Made by a program: the position numbers and the translations under genes
The notes under the pieces: model-generated
Database searches by the model: none
What the model saw: the letters and a program-made list of their open reading frames with translations, nothing else
Told to the model about the DNA's origin: nothing
In this document: positions 58,629 to 64,000 of the stretch, one piece after another
Numbering within the stretch: the stretch's first letter is position 1
Layout: every line of letters starts with the position of its first letter
From: Desulfomicrobium sp.
GTDB taxonomy: Bacteria > Desulfobacterota > Desulfovibrionia > Desulfovibrionales > Desulfomicrobiaceae
Direction of reading: 5' to 3'
Length of the DNA stretch: 64,000 bases
Assembly: GCA_040768745.1 (NCBI GenBank)
Contig: JAXGMI010000003.1
Span: 64,001 to 128,000, forward strand

Positions 58629-60011
58629 TCAGAATTCCAGGTGGCGCGGCGTGCGCGGAAAAGAAATGACATCCCGGATATTGGCGATCCCGGTCACCAG
58701 CATGAGCAACCGCTCGAAACCCATGCCGAAACCCGCATGCGGCACCGTACCAAACCGACGCAAATCCAGATACCACCAGTATTCCTCCGCAGGCAAACCC
58801 AGCTCGGCAATTCTGCCTTCCAGAACATGGAGGCGCTCCTCTCTGGCGCTCCCGCCAATCAACTCCCCGATGCGCGGCACCAGCACGTCCATGGCCCCCA
58901 CTGTCCGGCCATCGTCGTTGAGACGCATGTAGAACGCCTTGATTTCCTTGGGGTAGTCATAAACTATGACGGCCTTTTTGAAGTGCTCCTCGGTCAGGTA
59001 GCGCTCGTGTTCGGTTTGCAGGTCCGTCCCGAAGTCGACCGGAAACTCGAATTTCCCAGGCGCCCGCTTAAGAATGTCCACAGCCTCCGCATAAGGCAAC
59101 CGCACGAACGGGTTGGCCAGGATGCTGTCCAGCGTGGCCAGGAGCGTCTTATCCACAAAATTGGCGAAGAGATCCAGGTCGTCCCGGCAGTTGTCCAACA
59201 GGTAAGTGATGAGCCATTTGATGCAGGATTCGCCCAGATCCATGTTGTCGGCCAGGTCGGCAAAGGCCATCTCCGGCTCGATCATCCAGAACTCGGCGGC
59301 ATGCTTGGGCGTATTGGAATTCTCGGCCCGGAAGGTCGGACCGAAGGTATAGACCCGGCCCAGGGCGCAGGCCAGGTTTTCGGCCGCCAGCTGCCCCGAA
59401 ACTGTCAGGGAGGCCTTCTTTGCGAAGAAATCCTGATCGAAATCGGTCTTGCCGCCCTTCTTGGGGACATTGCCCAGATCCAGGGTGGTGACCTGGAACA
59501 TCTCCCCGGCCCCTTCGCAGTCGGAACCGGTGATAATGGGCGCGTGCACATGGAAGAACCCGCGCTCGTGGAAGAAACGGTGCACGCCGTAGGAAAGCTC
59601 GGCCCGGATGCGGTTCAGGGCACCGTACTTGTTGGTGCGGGGACGCAGATGCGCGATGGTGCGCAGGTACTCGTCCGTGTGCCGCTTCTTCTGAAGGGGG
59701 TAACTCGGGTCGGCCACGCCCAGGATTTCCAGACTGTGCGTCTTGAGCTCCCAATTCTGTCCCTGGCCCGGGGACTCCACCAGGGCACCCCTGAGGCGGA
59801 CTGCCGCACCCGTGCCGACCCCCTCCATCAGATCGAACCCCGCTGCGCCGGCATCGACAATGGCTTGCAGGTTCTTCAGGCACGAGCCGTCATTGATCTC
59901 CAGGAACACGAACTCCTTGCTCTCGCGCTTGGTCCGCACCCAGCCCTGAACCACCAGCGACGGAACTTCCGATTCGGACAACAGGACATCGGCAACTCTG
60001 ATATTCTTCAT
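58629..60011 (-). CDS. asnS: Asparagine-tRNA ligase
   Basis: GWVRTKR, LTVSGQL, FGPTFRAENSNT, PHAGFGMGFERL; likely start MKNIRV. Confidence 0.97.
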   Translation of the reverse strand: MKNIRVADVLLSESEVPSLVVQGWVRTKRESKEFVFLEINDGSCLKNLQAIVDAGAAGFDLMEGVGTGAAVRLRGALVESPGQGQNWELKTHSLEILGVADPSYPLQKKRHTDEYLRTIAHLRPRTNKYGALNRIRAELSYGVHRFFHERGFFHVHAPIITGSDCEGAGEMFQVTTLDLGNVPKKGGKTDFDQDFFAKKASLTVSGQLAAENLACALGRVYTFGPTFRAENSNTPKHAAEFWMIEPEMAFADLADNMDLGESCIKWLITYLLDNCRDDLDLFANFVDKTLLATLDSILANPFVRLPYAEAVDILKRAPGKFEFPVDFGTDLQTEHERYLTEEHFKKAVIVYDYPKEIKAFYMRLNDDGRTVGAMDVLVPRIGELIGGSAREERLHVLEGRIAELGLPAEEYWWYLDLRRFGTVPHAGFGMGFERLLMLVTGIANIRDVISFPRTPRHLEF

Positions 60012-60033
60012 TTTTCCCTCGGATATGAAAGGG

Positions 60034-62343
60034 CTAAAGCATGTCGACGGGATCGAGGTCCACTGACATGCGGACATGTTTTTCTCCGGCCAGCGAAGCG
60101 CGCATCTCAGCGCAGACGCCCCGTATGGCCGGCCAGTTGTCGGCCTTGAGCAGGCACTGAAACCGCTTGCGCCCGCGCAGGATGGTCAACGGGGCCGGTG
60201 CGGGCCCCAGGACACGCAGCCCGGCCGCAGCCCCCAGGGCGCGGATGCGGTCCCCGAAAGCCGCAAGCAATTCGACCTCGGACTGCTCCACAGGCAGGCT
60301 GATGCGCACCAGGGCCAGCTTGACAAAAGGCGGATAGGCCATGGACCGCCGCAACTCGATTTCCCTGGCGAAAAAGCCGGTGTAGTCATTGTCACGGATA
60401 AACTGCCAGCAGTAGTGGCCGGGATTCCTGGTCTGGATCAGGACCCGTCCTGGCTTGTCCCCACGCCCGGCTCTGCCCGCAACCTGCACCAGCATCTGGA
60501 AAGATCGTTCCGTAGCTCTGTAGTCCGGAAGATTCAAGCCCAGGTCCCCATCCACGACCACGACCAGGGTAACGCCGGGAAAGTGATGTCCCTTGCTCAG
60601 CATCTGAGTACCGACCAGAACCTGCCCATCCTGACGGGCAAATGCCGCAAGGGTGTCCTGAAGTGTTCCCGCCCGCTGCACCGTGTCCCGGTCCAGACGT
60701 AAAACCCGTGTTTTCTCCGGCAGATCCTGACGCAGAAATTCTTCCAGGCGTTCCGTCCCAGCCCCCAGGGGAATGAATTGAGTTCCCCTGCACTGCGGGC
60801 ACGACAGCGGGAAAGCTACTACATGCCCACAATAATGGCAGAGCAGAATTTCGCGCCGCTTATGCAATGTCAGGGAAACCCGACAGTCGGGGCACCCGAT
60901 GGGCTCAGCACAGGTTTCGCAATAGAGCACAGGTGCGTATCCCCGGCGATTGTGCAGAATGATGACCTGATCCCCGGCATGGATCGTGTCCAGAATCGCG
61001 TCGCGGACCAACGTGGCAAAAGGGCCATGTTCCGGGGGATTCAGGCGCAGGTCGACAAACGAGACCTCCGGCAACCTTCCGCCTCCGACGCGCGTTTCCA
61101 GACATTCCAAGGCAATGTCCCGGTTTGTTGCGGCATGAAACACTTTGATATCCGGCGTGGCCGACCCCATGACCAGCAGGCCGTTTGTACGGGCGACGCG
61201 GCCATAGGCCAGTTCCCGGGCCTGATAGATCAACCCCTCGTCCTGCTTGAATGAGGCATCGTGCTCCTCGTCCAGGATGACGAGCCCAGGCTTCAGGGGC
61301 AGAAAGAGGCTGGATCTCGTGCCGACCACGATACAAGGATGGTCCTGTTCGGCGGCCAGATCCATGAAGATCCTCTGCCGTTCGGCAGGGTTGAGATAGC
61401 CGTGGTAGAGCCGGACATCGGCCCAGGGCAGGGCACGGCGGACATCCGCATGCAGTTTCAGGGCGATGGCGACTTCCGGGGCCAGAAGCAGAACATGAAG
61501 GTCAAGGCTCAGGCATCGCGCCGCCAGTTCCAGGTACACGGCTGTCTTGCCGCTTCCGGTCACACCGAAAAGCAGAGCCGCTTCGGGTTGCCCGGAGGTG
61601 AGCAACGCGGTGAACCTGTCCACCGCCCGCCGTTGATCGTCATTCAAGGACGTCACGGCCACGTCTGAATCGTTCACCTCTTCCCGGAACCGGAATTCCA
61701 CCTCGCGCACCAGACCTTTGCGCAGAAGTGCGGCCAGCGGCTGGGCAAGACCCTTCCCGAAACGGATATGCAGCGCCTTGGAGGAGGAAACGCCGTGGAC
61801 ATCGAGATAGCGCAAAATCTCGAGTTGGGCAGTGGCCCCGGGGCGGAGCTGCCACGGGGGTTCTACCGACAGGGAAAAAAGCCGCGCCTTTTTGCTTCCG
61901 GGAAGGACCGCAGCGAACTCTCCGTTTCTCCACCAGGTCCCGAATTCCACGCGGCGGACGGGATCCGACATCTCCCTCATCTCTATACGTCTGCCTGTGC
62001 GGGTGCGGAAATCCGGAAGTTCCCGCATGCCGGCCGGCAATACCCTGGACAGGATGCGGCCCGGCCTTTCCATCTGCCGCACAGAGAGGTCCCGGATAAA
62101 ATCGAGATACTGGGCATCGAAAAGACACGTCCTGTCGATGGGCCAGAACACATCCTTCGGGATCAAACCTTCTGGCAGAGGTACCCCGACTTCAAGAAGA
62201 ACTCCCACGCGCAAATTCCGCCCCAACGGTACAAGGACCCTGGCCCCGACGTGCCAGAACTCCACGGGCAAGGCCGGAGGCAATCTGTAGGTCAGGACGG
62301 AAAATGGCGCTGAAAGCAGAAGGACCGAGCAGAATTCGTCCAT
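60034..62343 (-). CDS. priA: Primosomal protein N'
   Basis: GVTGSGKT, DEEH, four CxxC motifs, QVAGRAGR. Confidence 0.95.
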   Translation of the reverse strand: MDEFCSVLLLSAPFSVLTYRLPPALPVEFWHVGARVLVPLGRNLRVGVLLEVGVPLPEGLIPKDVFWPIDRTCLFDAQYLDFIRDLSVRQMERPGRILSRVLPAGMRELPDFRTRTGRRIEMREMSDPVRRVEFGTWWRNGEFAAVLPGSKKARLFSLSVEPPWQLRPGATAQLEILRYLDVHGVSSSKALHIRFGKGLAQPLAALLRKGLVREVEFRFREEVNDSDVAVTSLNDDQRRAVDRFTALLTSGQPEAALLFGVTGSGKTAVYLELAARCLSLDLHVLLLAPEVAIALKLHADVRRALPWADVRLYHGYLNPAERQRIFMDLAAEQDHPCIVVGTRSSLFLPLKPGLVILDEEHDASFKQDEGLIYQARELAYGRVARTNGLLVMGSATPDIKVFHAATNRDIALECLETRVGGGRLPEVSFVDLRLNPPEHGPFATLVRDAILDTIHAGDQVIILHNRRGYAPVLYCETCAEPIGCPDCRVSLTLHKRREILLCHYCGHVVAFPLSCPQCRGTQFIPLGAGTERLEEFLRQDLPEKTRVLRLDRDTVQRAGTLQDTLAAFARQDGQVLVGTQMLSKGHHFPGVTLVVVVDGDLGLNLPDYRATERSFQMLVQVAGRAGRGDKPGRVLIQTRNPGHYCWQFIRDNDYTGFFAREIELRRSMAYPPFVKLALVRISLPVEQSEVELLAAFGDRIRALGAAAGLRVLGPAPAPLTILRGRKRFQCLLKADNWPAIRGVCAEMRASLAGEKHVRMSVDLDPVDML

Positions 62344-62401
62344 GCATCTCATATAAAAGCGGGGAACGGACTGGTCCCGTTCCCCGGGAAGACGGGCATC
62401 G

Positions 62402-63274
62402 TCAACGGGCAGGTGGGATCAGTTCGCGCAGCCTGTCGATAAGATCGTATCGGAGGTCTTCGTCCTGAAGGGCGAAATAGATGTTGGCCGTCAGATAATC
62501 GACCCAGTCGCCGACATCAAAACGCTGGCCGCGCAGCTTCACGGCCAGAATCCTGTTCTGCCTGGCCAGAGACTGCAGGGCGTCCGTAAGCTGGATCTCT
62601 CCTGTCTGATCAGGGGCCAGCCCTTCGAGATGGGCGAAAATTTCCGGGGTCAGCACATAACGGCCGACCAGGGCCAGCCGGGATGGGGCTGACTCGACAC
62701 TCGGCTTTTCCTTCACTCCGCGGATCCGATACAGGCCCGGAGCAAACTCCTCGGCATCGATGATTCCGTAATTGCTGACCTTGTCCCTGGGGACATCCAT
62801 GACTCCAACCACAGGCATGCGTTCGTTCTTAAAGACATCCAGCAGCTGATTGATGCCGGGGTCCCTGTTGAACATCAGATCGTCGCCGACCATGACCGCG
62901 AAGGGTTCGTCCTTGACGACCTCCTTGGCGCAGAGCACCGCATGACCCAGTCCGAGCTGCTCTTTCTGGCGCACGACGATGATGTTGGCCATTTCCGCCA
63001 CTTTGCGCACCTCGTCCAGCAGTTCTTTCTGCCCCCTCCGCTCCAGAAGTTGTTCCAGGGCTAGGTTGTAGTCGAAATGATCTTCAATGATACGCTTGTT
63101 CTGGTTGTTGACGAAAACCACATCTGACAGTCCGGATGCGATGGCCTCTTCGACGATATACTGGATGGATGGCTTCCGGAATACGGGCAGAATTTCCTTG
63201 GGCACATTCTTGGTCGCAGGGAGGGATCTGGTCCCCCATCCTGCCACCGGGATGACAACTTTACGTACCTGCAT
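62402..63274 (-). CDS. galU: UTP-glucose-1-phosphate uridylyltransferase
   Basis: VIPVAGWGTRSLPATKNVPKE, LGLGHAV, GEIQLTDAL; likely start MQVRKV. Confidence 0.95.
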   Translation of the reverse strand: MQVRKVVIPVAGWGTRSLPATKNVPKEILPVFRKPSIQYIVEEAIASGLSDVVFVNNQNKRIIEDHFDYNLALEQLLERRGQKELLDEVRKVAEMANIIVVRQKEQLGLGHAVLCAKEVVKDEPFAVMVGDDLMFNRDPGINQLLDVFKNERMPVVGVMDVPRDKVSNYGIIDAEEFAPGLYRIRGVKEKPSVESAPSRLALVGRYVLTPEIFAHLEGLAPDQTGEIQLTDALQSLARQNRILAVKLRGQRFDVGDWVDYLTANIYFALQDEDLRYDLIDRLRELIPPAR

Positions 63275-63337
63275 GCATCGCTCCTTATAGTTTCTCACCC
63301 ACTCAGGAAGGGTCACCCCCTCCTCCATGAATTTCCT

Positions 63338-64000
63338 TTAAGCCAGCCCTGCCTCCACGGCCTGGACCAGTTCGGCGCAGAGCGCATCGACCATTGACTG
63401 ATCCTGGGCCTCGACCATGATCCGGGCCAGGGACTCTGTCCCGGAATACCGCAGCAGGACGCGCCCCGTGCGACCGAGCCTGTCTTCCGCGTGTCGGACT
63501 GCATCCTGAATCGAAGGCACCTGACCAAAGGGCACTTTCTTTTTCACGCGTACATTGACCAGCTTCTGCGGATAGGGGGTCAACAGCTTGGCAATCTCGG
63601 AGACAGGACGCTGACGGCCGACCATGATGCTCAAAAGCTGCAAAGCAGCCAGAATGCCGTCACCGGTGGTTGAATGCTCCATGAACACCAGATGTCCGGA
63701 CTGCTCTCCACCTAGAACATATCCTCCCTTGCGCATTTCCTCAACGACATACCTGTCCCCGACCTTGGTCCGCACCAGACGGCCTCCATGTTCAGCCATG
63801 AACACTTCGAGAGCCATGTTGCTCATGACCGTGGACACCAGCGTATTGCCGGTCAGGGTGCCACGATTCATCATTTCCTCCGCGCAGAGGGCCATTATCT
63901 GATCGCCGTCCAGAACATCTCCGTGTTCGTCCACCACGATCAGCCTGTCCGCGTCCCCGTCCAGGGCCAGACCGATGTCCGCTCCGTGCTCGCGGACCTT
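63338..64000 (-). CDS. glmM: Phosphoglucosamine mutase (partial, 5' end beyond window)
   Basis: [33 protein letters not shown]. Confidence 0.93.
   Translation of the reverse strand, partial: KVREHGADIGLALDGDADRLIVVDEHGDVLDGDQIMALCAEEMMNRGTLTGNTLVSTVMSNMALEVFMAEHGGRLVRTKVGDRYVVEEMRKGGYVLGGEQSGHLVFMEHSTTGDGILAALQLLSIMVGRQRPVSEIAKLLTPYPQKLVNVRVKKKVPFGQVPSIQDAVRHAEDRLGRTGRVLLRYSGTESLARIMVEAQDQSMVDALCAELVQAVEAGLA

Overview
Chromosomal window of a sulfate-reducing deltaproteobacterium (16S and dsr genes look Desulfomicrobium-like; inference). Left end: a complete integron. The intI gene (minus strand, runs off the edge, long N-terminal extension) is followed by attI and seven plus-strand cassettes delimited by attC sites. 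The first three encode PD-(D/E)XK nuclease fusions (cassette 1 split by an IS3); then a SAM methyltransferase, a hypothetical, a MazEF-type TA pair and DUF202, ending in a truncated attC fused to a methyltransferase remnant. Core genes follow: clpB-cbpM-cbpA, a contiguous dsr supercluster (dsrT-MKJOP-fdx-3 uncharacterised genes-dsrABD-N), and lptD-mutL-purD-purE. Next is a damaged type I R-M island: frameshifted hsdR, a YhcG-family gene with three in-frame palindromes, hsdS with a REP-like/DUF559 module at its 3' end, and hsdM cut by IS66. Then hflC-hflK, rnhA, a second IS66 in a DUF456 gene, two tandem rRNA operons (only one with tRNA-Ile/Ala) and asnS-priA-galU-glmM. Several single-base indels in short runs suggest residual sequencing error, so frameshift calls are tentative. 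Family names come from motif recognition, not database searches.
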